The notes under the pieces are model-generated. The model was not told where the DNA came from and made no database searches. It saw only the letters and a list, made by a program, of their open reading frames with translations. 64,000 nucleotides of DNA from Pirellulales bacterium (GTDB lineage: Bacteria; Planctomycetota; Planctomycetia; Pirellulales; PALSA-1355). The DNA lies in the NCBI GenBank assembly GCA_963733035.1, contig CAVTBU010000006.1, positions 672,001 to 736,000 of the forward strand, given 5' to 3'. Numbering within the stretch: position 1 is the stretch's first letter; each line of letters begins with the position of its first letter. Shown here in pieces: positions 33,591 through 43,622 of the stretch. The translations under genes and the position numbers were made by a program.

Positions 33591-34295
33591 TTACAACCTT
33601 GCGTCGAGCCAGCGTGGAAGATCTCGGGAGTGGTGGTTTAAGATGATTCCGAGAACGGCCGCGTTTGCATGGATCAACCGCTGCTTGGCACGTGCAGCGG
33701 GCGCGCTGTGAGTTCGCTGGCCGTCCATTACCAGCAGCACCCCGTCTAAGGTTCCAACGGTCGAAAAGCAGAGCCCAGAGTCACTGGGAGGCAGGTCAAC
33801 GATCACGAAGCTGAACTTAGTTTCGAGTGTTCGCAAGAGCTCGACGATGCGATTGCCATCCATGCTCGAGAGCGGTGACCTTGCGAGATCAGCGCCTCCC
33901 AGGAAAGAGAGGTTCGGTACGCACGTGGCCGTGACGCAATCTGCCAAGGGAGCGGTCTCGTTCAGCGCCGCAAGCAGACCGCCTCCTGTTCCAGTCGCGC
34001 AAAGTCGATTTACCAGCGGCGACGGGCGTGCACTAATATCAACGAGCAGAACCGGACGCTCGCTTGTATGCGCCGCGGCAATTGCCAAGTTGGCCGCTAC
34101 GGTACTCACTCCGGCTCCGTGCACGCAGCTTGTGATTCCAATCGACTTGGGCTCGATCGGTGCGTTGCCGTTTGCCGACAGGTCTTGGTCGGGCCGTAGC
34201 CAATGGGCCAAGGCATAGTATTGTTCGACCACTGCGCCGCCACTCCCGCCCCGCCGGGTTGACGTCTTGGCCGAATCCTGCGTCAGTGTGATCAT
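33591..34295 (-). CDS. CpsD/CapB-like BY-kinase domain protein with degenerate motifs
   Basis: IGITSCVHGAGVSTVAANLA (Walker A lacking Lys), LLVD, VIVDLPP, DGVLLV, LGIILN. Confidence 0.8.
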   Translation of the reverse strand: MITLTQDSAKTSTRRGGSGGAVVEQYYALAHWLRPDQDLSANGNAPIEPKSIGITSCVHGAGVSTVAANLAIAAAHTSERPVLLVDISARPSPLVNRLCATGTGGGLLAALNETAPLADCVTATCVPNLSFLGGADLARSPLSSMDGNRIVELLRTLETKFSFVIVDLPPSDSGLCFSTVGTLDGVLLVMDGQRTHSAPAARAKQRLIHANAAVLGIILNHHSRDLPRWLDARL

Positions 34296-34311
34296 CGCGA
34301 TGTGGCTACCC

Positions 34312-35877
34312 TCAGTTTTGAACGAGTTCGTGTCGAGACCCGCGCGGGACGGAGAACAACACTGGAATCCCCAGTTCGTTTTCGATCTGTTCGGGGGTCC
34401 GTAGGGACCGATCGAAGGCTTCGGCCACGAGTGCCACGAGCACGGATCCGACCATCGCCAGAACCAGGCCCAGCACCAGCGTCAGCTTGATGAGCGGACT
34501 CGAAGGCTTGGCAACATAGGTGGGGGGTTGCACCACGTTGACATTGGATACGCGGCCCGTTTCGAGTGCCGCGTCGATGCGGGCTTGCTCACGGTTTGAT
34601 GCGTATTTCAGATAGCTCTCTTCGAGCAAGTCGGCCTTGCGAGTCAGCTCGGTAATCCGCAGCTCGTTGTCGTTGAGTGCCCGAATCTTGGCCTGAACTG
34701 TTTCGAATTGGCCCTTCAACGAGGCCGATTCCGCCTTGTAGGCCGCAGCTAATGCTCGCGTCGTGGCCAGTTCGGTTTGCACCGACTGATGCACCGGGCT
34801 GAGCCTTCGAGTGGAATGGTTACGACTGGCCTCCTCGTCGCCGAGAATGCGGCGAGTTTCGTCGACCTGGCGCCGCAATGCGATCACTTTGGGATGCAGC
34901 GCGGTAAACCGCGAGCTGGCCTCTTTTTCCTGAATTTGTACCAGGTAGAGCTCTCTCCGCATGGCGTCGACCGCCGCACTAGGAACCTCCGCCTCTTCGG
35001 CAAGTTGCGTCTCGGGCAGTTCGTGGAGCGTCTCTTTTAACGCCTGGATCTTGGCCTCTGCCGCCGACAATTCGCGCTCATTCTGTAGAATCGCGACTTC
35101 AATCGCGTTGGCTTGCGCTTCGACATTCGCGCGCTGGCCTTCGACCGACGCCACGGCGCTATCGTTTTTGGCATCGCGCAAAGCAGACTTCGCACGCGTC
35201 AGCTGCTCGTCGAGAAGACTCGTTTGGCTGACAAAGAAATCGTAAGAACCAGTGATGCGGTTGGCCTTGCCGTGCCGAACCTGATAGGCTCCCAGAAACG
35301 ACTCGAGGATCCGCTGCGCCTGCCGAGGATTGGCAGCCTTGCTCTGGACAATCAGGACATTGGATTTTCGCGGTGAGCTTACCGAGATGTTTTTTTCCAG
35401 CTTGGTGACGGCCTTCTCGTCGGCACTGATGTCCCCGTGCAGCCAGGCTGCGGCGGCTCGCATCGGAGTCATGATCGCGTCCATCCAAGTGACCTTGCCC
35501 TCACCAGGTCCATAGAGTATCTCGTCCGCCCCGAGCTGTGCGACCACGTCGTCAAGCAACGCACGGCTACGGAGGATCTCGAGTTCCGAGTTGATTTCAC
35601 TTTCGCGTGACTCGTTCACGGTGATGGTTTCGTTCATCGTGGCAGTGGGATCCAGCGCCACGCTCTCCTTCCCCAATCGCACAAACAAACGCGCCTCAGA
35701 CGTGTAAGCCCGCGGAAAGACGATCACGCCTAAAATGAACAGGGCCAGAGTCGCACAGAATGCAACCGCCATCTTGCCCTTGTGCCGATAGAAAACGCCG
35801 CACCAATCGCGGAGGGTCGGCGTTGACTGCGTTGCCGATGGAACCGTATTTCCGTAGGTCGTGTTGCGAGTAATCAT
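34312..35877 (-). CDS. Polysaccharide co-polymerase/chain-length determinant (GumC/Wzc N-terminal type)
   Basis: Two TM helices flanking a long coiled coil; SELEILRSR, FTALHPKV, PSSP, ELGIPVL..VP. Confidence 0.9.
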   Translation of the reverse strand: MITRNTTYGNTVPSATQSTPTLRDWCGVFYRHKGKMAVAFCATLALFILGVIVFPRAYTSEARLFVRLGKESVALDPTATMNETITVNESRESEINSELEILRSRALLDDVVAQLGADEILYGPGEGKVTWMDAIMTPMRAAAAWLHGDISADEKAVTKLEKNISVSSPRKSNVLIVQSKAANPRQAQRILESFLGAYQVRHGKANRITGSYDFFVSQTSLLDEQLTRAKSALRDAKNDSAVASVEGQRANVEAQANAIEVAILQNERELSAAEAKIQALKETLHELPETQLAEEAEVPSAAVDAMRRELYLVQIQEKEASSRFTALHPKVIALRRQVDETRRILGDEEASRNHSTRRLSPVHQSVQTELATTRALAAAYKAESASLKGQFETVQAKIRALNDNELRITELTRKADLLEESYLKYASNREQARIDAALETGRVSNVNVVQPPTYVAKPSSPLIKLTLVLGLVLAMVGSVLVALVAEAFDRSLRTPEQIENELGIPVLFSVPRGSRHELVQN

Positions 35878-36076
35878 CCGTAGGCCTCAATGTCTTGATA
35901 GCGCTCGTGCGCCGGACTATATCTCAGGCACGATTGTACTCGGTCTAAATTGCCATCAACGGACTGTGTGTGGTAGCTGTGTAGAGGGTGTGGGGAATTA
36001 CACATAGGGTCCTCACATTGCCGTTAGCGATCTTCTACCGACCGCGCTACAACGGGCATTTCTCTCGCACAAAGTC

Positions 36077-36916
36077 TCATGTCGGCGGGTTGAATTCACC
36101 CGAAGCGACCCAGCGCGGATGCACGAACGTGAAGAAATCGACGGCCAGTTTTTCTTCCACGAACGCATACGGAAGCCAACCGTAGCCGTTTTCACCCCAA
36201 CTCGCGCCCCAAGAACTACGCACCAGCAAGGCTCCTCGCGAGCCACGTAGCCAGCGATCGTCATAGCCGGCCACCACCAGCGCCTGACCGCCTAAAGGCG
36301 CATCGAACGTCGGTCGAAAGGGAATCTGCCCGTCAAGGGGCAGGGAATTCGGAATCGAGCAACCGAAGCAGGCCGGAAAACCCGCTGCCACGAACGCTTT
36401 CACCGAGGCTAGGACTTCGCCGCCCGTCAGTTTACGCCCATCAAGTCGGAGATAGCGGATTTCCCGATACGGCTCGTGAAACGAGTACAAGAAAGCGTCC
36501 GGCGCTTGTTGGATCCGCTCCCGTTCGTAGGGCCAGAATCGCTCCGGCGGCACGCCGCAATGCAACATTGCGCTGAGCGTCGTCCGCAGGTCAGCGCCGA
36601 CGTCGCCTGATGCGCCGGCCCAGCGGCAGGCATTTTGGTGGAGAAACAAGCGCGACGGTCGAATCAACCGGCCATGGGCCCGTCGTTCGAAGTATTGCAC
36701 CACGGCAAGGCAGGCGTGGGAGCACGAGGCGGCGAGATCAAGTTGGTCGTCGGCTTCGAGGAAGTATTCACGAAGATCGACGCTGGGGGGGGGCTCAGCT
36801 ATCGGAGCGTCGAGCCGCCCCAGATATTCCGCTACTTGGGGCGAATCGGGTGTGTAGTCGCGAAAATCCGGCGTACACGGCAGCCAACCGAATCCGCGAG
36901 GTACGAAATGCGTCAT
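36077..36916 (-). CDS. C1A papain-like (xylellain-type) peptidase homologue with substituted catalytic His/Asn
   Basis: GWLP..PDFRDY, VDLR, DQ...SC, SRLFL, GGQALVVAGYDD, RSSWG.SWGENGYGWLPY. Confidence 0.85.
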   Translation of the reverse strand: MTHFVPRGFGWLPCTPDFRDYTPDSPQVAEYLGRLDAPIAEPPPSVDLREYFLEADDQLDLAASCSHACLAVVQYFERRAHGRLIRPSRLFLHQNACRWAGASGDVGADLRTTLSAMLHCGVPPERFWPYERERIQQAPDAFLYSFHEPYREIRYLRLDGRKLTGGEVLASVKAFVAAGFPACFGCSIPNSLPLDGQIPFRPTFDAPLGGQALVVAGYDDRWLRGSRGALLVRSSWGASWGENGYGWLPYAFVEEKLAVDFFTFVHPRWVASGEFNPPT

Positions 36917-37150
36917 GCGAGAACCTACCCAAGCGTCGCAACGGAGGTGCGAAAGGACGGGACGATACCCCAATCGGCCCAAACTGCAATTGGCGGCCGC
37001 GGATCGAACTGCAGGCTGCCAAGCACCGATTGAGAATAGCGAGACTTGCGGAGGGGCCAAGGTGCGCCCTGGGGAGCGTCCCGTGACTGCCGGTGCGCAA
37101 TCACCACCAGAAGTGTGGTTGGCGTGGGGCTACGGCTCCGCGTCGTCGGC

Positions 37151-37885
37151 CTATTCCGCGACGAATTCCCACCGAATCCCTTCGCCGCTTCCGTCGCCCA
37201 TGAATCGCAACAGCGAACACTTTTGCTTGCGGTTGAGGGCCTTGATCGTATCGTGAAGCCGCCGGCGCGGATCCAACTGAGGAAGCGGGGGCAGTGGGTC
37301 GTCAATGCGCGGCGGCCAACCGTCTTCCTCAAATGCCATTAGAACCGTTTCCTGATTCGGCGAGGGCAGTTTGAACTCCTTAACGACGTCCGCACCAACC
37401 CGCAACTGACGACGCTGATCGTCCCATTTGGGCCGCGACTCGTCCGGCACGATAATCCGGCAATTGGCCGCGGTTTTGTCAGTCGCTAAAGGCAACTCCA
37501 GCGCGCACGCTCCTCGGGCAGCCAATACGCCGCTCGGTGTGAGCACCACGCAGGTCGAATCGTCGAAATTGAGCAGCGGAGTGCGACGAAACTGACGAGT
37601 GCGGTCCGTTGAGTCGGTAATTTCCACGGCGTGTTCCACGTAGCCCACGCCAGCGAGCCAGCGCAGGTCACTGTTACTCAACCGCGCGGTGCGCAGCACG
37701 TTCAATTCCACCGCCAGGTCCCATACATCCTGTTCGAGTTCGAGCGCGTATTCGTAGGCTTGCAGCAGCAGGCTTAGACCTTCGCGCAAATGAGGTCGAA
37801 CGTCGTAGCGAGGGACGGACGTTGGCGTGGAACACGCCGGCGGATCACTGCGGTCGAATGATTCGCTCGTAGACATTGGAGGCAC
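37151..37885 (-). CDS. Hypothetical protein, possible DNA-binding (winged-helix-like C-terminus)
   Basis: PKWDDQRRQLRVG..VVK...NQETVL.AFEE...RRLHDTIKALNR...GEGIRW loosely resembles OmpR-type effector domains. Confidence 0.5.
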   Translation of the reverse strand: MPPMSTSESFDRSDPPACSTPTSVPRYDVRPHLREGLSLLLQAYEYALELEQDVWDLAVELNVLRTARLSNSDLRWLAGVGYVEHAVEITDSTDRTRQFRRTPLLNFDDSTCVVLTPSGVLAARGACALELPLATDKTAANCRIIVPDESRPKWDDQRRQLRVGADVVKEFKLPSPNQETVLMAFEEDGWPPRIDDPLPPLPQLDPRRRLHDTIKALNRKQKCSLLRFMGDGSGEGIRWEFVAE

Positions 37886-37905
37886 GCTTGTGGGTACGGG
37901 GCGGC

Positions 37906-37925
37906 GCCTGATTGAAAAATCAGGC
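37906..37925. promoter_or_regulatory. Perfect 8-bp inverted repeat upstream of the 37151-37885 gene
   Basis: GCCTGATT-GAAA-AATCAGGC, next to an AT-rich TATAAC/TATGAT -10-like stretch on the minus strand. Confidence 0.5.
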
Positions 37926-38079
37926 TTCCGTTATAATCATAGTTTCACCCAAGTCGAGCTTTTAACGGCGAGAAAAGTTTTTGCCGCACTTGCCGAGAGC
38001 ATAACCCGCGTAATCCCAACGCCGTACGGGCAACGCGGTTTACGTCGCGTGTCAGGTCCGTTTTGGCGCGAACCGGTCC

Positions 38080-39316
38080 CTAGGGCATCGGCAAGATTGG
38101 CAAAATGCCCCGATACGGGAAGTAAATCAAGCCGAAGTTAACGGGGACCACGCCGTACAGACCGCGCGTGAAAACGAGTTCAATGAAATTGTCAGTACGC
38201 AAGATTCTCGACTTGGGAACGATGACCAGGTCGGCGTCGCTGACCCAGATTTCATCGGCCGGGCAGGGTGCATTTCCGAGCAGGGCATCGCGCAGATCGA
38301 GTTCGGTCGCCACGAGCCGCCAATCATTAAAACGGCGGAATACGACGATGTGTGTGATGCGGGCTCCCACGTTCCAGCTTCCAGCCATGGCGATCGCCTG
38401 CATCACCGTTGTTGGAGCCTCGAGCGAATAGCGGCCCGGCTTCTGCACTTCTCCCAAAACATAGACGCTCCGCGGTGCCCTGGCGCAGCACCGGCACGAC
38501 CTCCATTCCGTCAATTTGTTCGGCAAACCGCTCGTCAAGTTCGCTCTTGAATTCCTCCAGCGTGAGGCCTTGTGCGGGCACAGAACCGATGGCTGGCAAC
38601 TGCACGGTGCCTTCCGGGGTTACCCGCCCCAGATAGACCTGGCCGCCAAAGCCAGACTTTCCGGCTACGGTGTAGCGTAGGTCTTCGAGCTTCGAGTTCA
38701 CTTTGACGGGCATGATCGAAATCGCCGGGGTTTCGTCGTACACCTTGAACCGCCGTACAACTTCCTCACGCACGCGTCCGACGTCGAAACCAGCAACGTC
38801 GACTTGGCCGATCAGGGGCAGCGTGATGGTGCCATCGGGCGCAACAGTCAACGTGCGACTCAAGTCCGGATCGGTCGCAGACTCGATCGCCAGTTCGTCG
38901 CCGACGTTGAACTTGTACGTCCCATGCATTCGGTCACGGTCGACTCGAAAGACAAATTCAATCGCATCGTCGACGCGCAGCCGATAAACTGGCACATGCG
39001 GCAGTCGGGCGCGGCCGACGTACTCACCCTGCGCCCACCTCTGGAAGTCGGCTTCGGACCGCAGGGCCTGCCAGCTGGCCTCGCAACCTTCTGGACAGGC
39101 GTTGACGCAATCAATCGCCGGTGTGTCATGGGGTGCGGCCGGCGTCAATCGCGGAGTCGGCGGCAGAGAAAAGTCTGCCCCCGACTGCAGGAGAGCCGTG
39201 TGGTTCACTCGGCGAGTGGGTAGCGGTTCACTCGCACTCGCGCCGTACCCAGCCACGGTGGATGCAACGACGAGGACCAAGAGAGCGTGTTGTTTGTGCC
39301 AGTTGCGCCAAATCAT
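38080..39316 (-). CDS. wza: Polysaccharide export (OPX/Wza-like) protein 2; frameshift near 38480
   Basis: YRLRVDD, GDEL.I, V.PDGTITLPLIG, then in another frame VYVLGEVQKPG...MQAIAMAG...DLVIVPKS. Confidence 0.87.
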
Positions 39317-39353
39317 GTGGGGCAGCTCCCTAATGACTGTCCACCATTGACGC

Positions 39354-40616
39354 TTAAGGCACAGGCGTCAGGTCTCGAAAGACGGTGTAGTTGATGCTGC
39401 CGTTGACCGGAACCACGCCGTATATGCCGCGAGTGAACACCAAGTCGATGAAGTTGTCCGTTCGCAGCAGCTTGGACTTCGGCACGATGATCAAGTCGGC
39501 GTCGCTCACCCAGATCTCGGCGGCCGGGCAGGGGGACTTGCCCAACAGAGCCTGACTTAAATCGAGACTCGTGGCGATCAGCCGCCAATCGTCGGCGCGG
39601 CGAAAGACAACGACATTGGCGATCTTGGCACCCACCGTCCAACTGCCCGCCATGCTAATGGCTTGCATGACCGTGGTGGGCGCCGTGAGTACGTAGCGAC
39701 CCGGGGCGCGAACTTCTCCCAGCACGTACACGTACCGTGGGGCTCGCTCACGGAGCACAGGCATCACCTCGACCCCTTGGATTTCCTCGGCAAACCGCTC
39801 CGCCAATTCCACCTTGAACTCGTCGATGGTCAATCCCTGGGCCGGCACTGACCCGACCGCTGGTAGCTGAATCGTGCCCTCCGGTGTGACGCGGCCCGGC
39901 AGCACCTGGCCTCCGAAGCCGCTTCGGCCAGAGACCGTATAGCGCAAATCTTCGAGCTGCGTGTCGACCTTGATTGGCGTGACCGTGATGGCCGGCGTGA
40001 CGTAGTACTTCTTGAAGTCTTCATCCAGCTGATTTCTGAGTTGCGCAACGCTCAGACCTGCCGCCGCAACGGAACCCACCAGGGGCAACGTGATCGAGCC
40101 GTCGGGCAATACCGTCACCGTGCGGAGAAGTTCCGCCTCGGCCGCCGATTCAATTTGGACTTCATCGCCCACGTTCAGTTTGTAGGGTCCCGAGATTTTG
40201 TCGCGCGTGACACGGAACACGAAGTCGAGCTGGTCGTCGACGCGCAGCCGGTACGTGGGAACGTGTGGCAAGCGAGCTCGGCCCACGTACTCTCCCTGGG
40301 CCCATTCCTGAAAGCCCCACACCGGTCCGAGCGCTTCCCACGTGGCTTCGTACCCCGGTGGACAATGATTGACGCAGTCAACAGCCGGAGTTTGATGCGG
40401 AGCGGCCGGCGTTAGTTGAGGCACTTGAGGAAGGGTCATTGAGTATCCCAGGTCTTCCGCCGGTGTGGGGGTCGCAACTGGCAGATCACTGGGCGAGCTC
40501 TGCATCGGTTCGTTCGCACGCGCGCCTGCGGTGACGGCCAACGAGAAAGCGGCTAGTGCCGCCATCGCGCGATGAGGTCGAACCGGTCGTCGCAAAAGGA
40601 AAATTAGGCGGGACAT
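39354..40616 (-). CDS. wza: Polysaccharide export (OPX/Wza-like) protein 1
   Basis: Signal peptide, Poly_export motif VLPDGSITLPLVG and SLBB motif VYVLGEVRAPG; clear paralogue of the downstream gene. Confidence 0.9.
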   Translation of the reverse strand: MSRLIFLLRRPVRPHRAMAALAAFSLAVTAGARANEPMQSSPSDLPVATPTPAEDLGYSMTLPQVPQLTPAAPHQTPAVDCVNHCPPGYEATWEALGPVWGFQEWAQGEYVGRARLPHVPTYRLRVDDQLDFVFRVTRDKISGPYKLNVGDEVQIESAAEAELLRTVTVLPDGSITLPLVGSVAAAGLSVAQLRNQLDEDFKKYYVTPAITVTPIKVDTQLEDLRYTVSGRSGFGGQVLPGRVTPEGTIQLPAVGSVPAQGLTIDEFKVELAERFAEEIQGVEVMPVLRERAPRYVYVLGEVRAPGRYVLTAPTTVMQAISMAGSWTVGAKIANVVVFRRADDWRLIATSLDLSQALLGKSPCPAAEIWVSDADLIIVPKSKLLRTDNFIDLVFTRGIYGVVPVNGSINYTVFRDLTPVP

Positions 40617-40624
40617 AAAGGATA

Positions 40625-43069
40625 TCAACGTATAAGGTTAAGAGGATTCCAAAAGGGTGGGCGTTTTCGGGCCACCGAAGCGGCTGGTTTCGCGGATTCG
40701 TTCCGCGATGATTCTCCAACGGCAATCGGTGGGGCAGGCCTCGATGGAATATTTGCGTTGGGCTGCGCTCCCAGGCTGGCGAACGTCGCCGGATCGACCC
40801 ATTGCACGGGCGGAGCTTTTGTATCGGGTTGCGTCTGTTGCAGGGCGTCGGCCTGTTGACGCGTTTGGGCCGCCATTTCACCTTCGCCCAGACGAGACTG
40901 CACGACGGCCAGATTCTTCAGCATGATCGGTTGCGGTGATTGCGCCACGCTACCCATCAGCAACTCGCGGGCAAGTTCGAGTTGACCGGAACCGGCCAGC
41001 AACACGCCAAGTTCATGTGCTGCCCGAAAATTCTGTGGCTCGCAGATCAGAGCCGCCTGATACAGAGTGATCGCCGGTCCAGTGAATTCCATTTGCTGGG
41101 CGTTGCGTCCGGCACCGGCAATGATGATCTTGCCAAGCCCGTAAAGGGCAATCGAACCAACCGTTTCTCGTCCGACGCCGGCTGCCAGGTGTTCCTTGGC
41201 AAACCCGTAGTAGTATTGCGCGGCCAGAGCCGGGGGCATGTCGGACAGATTGCGCTGTTTCAACACTGGTGTTTGGTGACCTCGGACCAGCCGGGCCACG
41301 TCGAGATCGGCCGGGCTCGACGCGACAAAATCACGCGCCTCTGTTAGCGCCAGCAAGCCGGCCGCAACGGCCTTACTGAATTGCCGCGTACCCCGCTCGA
41401 CGTCGTGTGCCTGGGCGATCAAATTGATCGCAGAAGTGAACTCCTTTCGCGACGCGTACATGGCGCCTTTCTCGGCCAATTGAATCGCGTGCCGAACTCG
41501 TTCGTCGGCCTGCGCCAACGTGGCCACCATCGCCGGAGAACGCGTGCCAGGCACCTGCGGTAGCGGAACGCTGGGGGCAACCGGTGCCGGTCGAGGCGCC
41601 TCGGCAAGCGGTGCAGCGGGCGCAGGCAACGGGACCGTCGCCGCGACATCGCGTGCTGCTTCAACGCGCGCGGGGGCCGGCGGAGCGACCGCAATCGGCG
41701 CGGGGCCAATTGGAGCGACCGACACGGCGGGCGGCGCCGCCTTGGCGATCTCCGTCGGATGTGGCGGCTGCGCCGGCGAGGCCACGGATTGGGATTGAGC
41801 GGCGCGCGGTGGGGCCACGGCTTCGACGTCCACGGGCGGTCGCGCAGCTAATTTGGATTCGACCTTTGTCTCGCCCGCGGTGGCGTTCGAATCGGGCAGG
41901 GTCGCCAGTGTGGGGACCCGGTCGACCGCAATTTGAGCGGGCTTTGCCACCCGCCGCGTTTCCGCCTTTGCCACGGGTACCGGTTCGGACTGGGCAATCG
42001 GGGTCGGATTGTCAGCAATCTCGGGCTCAGCCTTGACGGTCAAAGTTGATTCCAGTTCGATGCGTTGTTCCGGCTCGCGGACTTCCTGTGCCTCGGATCG
42101 CGCGACCGTCGGAGTTTGTGCATCGACTTCCGGAGCTGGTTCTGTGCCTGCAATTGTCGGTTCCGACTCGACGACCTGCGGCGCAGGAGGCGTTGCCGCT
42201 GGTTCCGCTTTTATCGAGAGCGCGGTAATGGCCGGCACGATGGGCGCTGGGGACAAGCTGGTGACCTGAGGCGTCTCGGCTTTGGGCTTGGTCGGCTTAA
42301 CCGTCGTCACAGCGGACGGCTCCGGTTTCGCCTCTGGTTTGGCCAACGACGGCGACTCGGACTTCGGCTGGAGGGGCGAGCCCGAACCGCGCGCGATGAC
42401 GCGCACTGGCAATAGTTCGCGCCTTGTATCGGCAAAGCGTGAATTTGTCGATGCCTTGGATCGACGAGCATTCGCTTGCTTGTTCGAGGGCGTGTCGCTG
42501 GCAGACTTCTCGCGACTCGGTTGCACGTCGAGTTTGATTGTTTCAACTGCCAGGCTTTTCGCCGGCGTTTTCGAGTTGTCAGCAAACTTGAGTTCACAAT
42601 CAACGGTCGGTTCAGCTGGCACGGGTTCTAAAGCGGCTTCAGCCTCGACGCTCTCGGATTCGATTTCGGCGGCGACCGCCTCCGGCGCGTCGTTCCCAGA
42701 CGCGCTCATGGGGACGTCCACGTCGAGCGTTTTTGCTGACTCCGGTGTCGGTACCGCGGAGGAATCTACCAACTCGTCAACTGCCCAGGGGTCAACTGGG
42801 GCTACCGCGATTTGACCACCGTTGTGATGCGTCGTTTCTTCGACCTCGACGGTTGTAGAGGTCTTCGGACTTGCCGAAATCGTGTAGGAATTCGGTTCGA
42901 AAAAGTCCTGCTCTGGACTGACAACGACGGCCTGCGGAGGGCCGAGCGGTCGCGTTTGTTGCCGTGCGGTCGCCGTGGGCTGGCTGTTGCTGTTGCCACA
43001 CCCCACGCTCAACAGAGCGCCGAGCGAGGCAGTTGCGGCTGCGCAGCGGGCAATGGCTTTACGATCCAT
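40625..43069 (-). CDS. Large lipoprotein with a Pro/Ala/Glu-rich linker and C-terminal TPR-like domain
   Basis: Lipobox LLSVGC, about 450 aa of low complexity, then TPR-like helices (ALYGLGK, AAHELGVLLAGSGQ, LKNLAVVQSRLG). Confidence 0.75.
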   Translation of the reverse strand: MDRKAIARCAAATASLGALLSVGCGNSNSQPTATARQQTRPLGPPQAVVVSPEQDFFEPNSYTISASPKTSTTVEVEETTHHNGGQIAVAPVDPWAVDELVDSSAVPTPESAKTLDVDVPMSASGNDAPEAVAAEIESESVEAEAALEPVPAEPTVDCELKFADNSKTPAKSLAVETIKLDVQPSREKSASDTPSNKQANARRSKASTNSRFADTRRELLPVRVIARGSGSPLQPKSESPSLAKPEAKPEPSAVTTVKPTKPKAETPQVTSLSPAPIVPAITALSIKAEPAATPPAPQVVESEPTIAGTEPAPEVDAQTPTVARSEAQEVREPEQRIELESTLTVKAEPEIADNPTPIAQSEPVPVAKAETRRVAKPAQIAVDRVPTLATLPDSNATAGETKVESKLAARPPVDVEAVAPPRAAQSQSVASPAQPPHPTEIAKAAPPAVSVAPIGPAPIAVAPPAPARVEAARDVAATVPLPAPAAPLAEAPRPAPVAPSVPLPQVPGTRSPAMVATLAQADERVRHAIQLAEKGAMYASRKEFTSAINLIAQAHDVERGTRQFSKAVAAGLLALTEARDFVASSPADLDVARLVRGHQTPVLKQRNLSDMPPALAAQYYYGFAKEHLAAGVGRETVGSIALYGLGKIIIAGAGRNAQQMEFTGPAITLYQAALICEPQNFRAAHELGVLLAGSGQLELARELLMGSVAQSPQPIMLKNLAVVQSRLGEGEMAAQTRQQADALQQTQPDTKAPPVQWVDPATFASLGAQPNANIPSRPAPPIAVGESSRNESAKPAASVARKRPPFWNPLNLIR

Positions 43070-43622
43070 CGTTCGTCCGTGCCTGATAGCTTAGTGAAGG
43101 GGATCCATCCACATTCCCAATCGTCGCGATCGAGGCGGTGAACGGAATAAATCCACCGTGAGCGACTCTACGACCTAAGCGGGGGGGGCATACAGCCGAC
43201 AAATCTTCACTTGTTTGCCACACCGGAAATCTATGTAGAGTTTTCCGTGTTTTCGCACGCGGACCGTTTTCTTATGCGAGAAATCACGCGCTTTGCGCTT
43301 GCGTCTTGCGTTGGCCATACAAGCAGCTGTTGCCATGCGGCCCCCGTATTGGAAGTCGGGTAATAACGGTGTGACCGTCCTTACCGCCCACCGACAAGCA
43401 TTCTGCTCGTCCCCTAGCGCATCTTGCCTAGGCGCTGCCCCTCCCGCAATTAGCATAAAACCCATGCGGTTACTGGGTTAATTGGGCAACTTGGGTAGCG
43501 CATGGGACGTTCGAGTCCGTCTTCAACGGCGGCTCTTGGCACCACGGCAGAACTGAGAAGAGGCCGTGCGGCGAGCGGACACCACGAAGTGCGCCACTGC
43601 ATCCTATTCCAAAGGCCACTCT

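Noticed and set aside
36030..36050. ops/JUMPStart-like element (GGTCGGTAGAAG on the minus strand) upstream of the co-polymerase
   Set aside because: It only partly matches GGCGGTAGnnTG, and no RfaH/NusG paralogue is in the window.
37912..37937. Plus-strand TTGAAA...TATAAT promoter driving an antisense RNA
   Set aside because: The spacer is only 14 nt, and the AT-rich patch is better explained by a minus-strand promoter.
41600..42950. Pro/Ala/Glu-rich stretch as a DNA tandem repeat
   Set aside because: It is low-complexity protein linker with no periodic nucleotide repeat.
43195..43310. c-di-GMP-I riboswitch look-alike upstream of the EPS operon (GGCAAAC...GAAG hairpin; GACGCAAG/GCAAAGC)
   Set aside because: The conserved segments are in the wrong order and no P1 stem could be formed.
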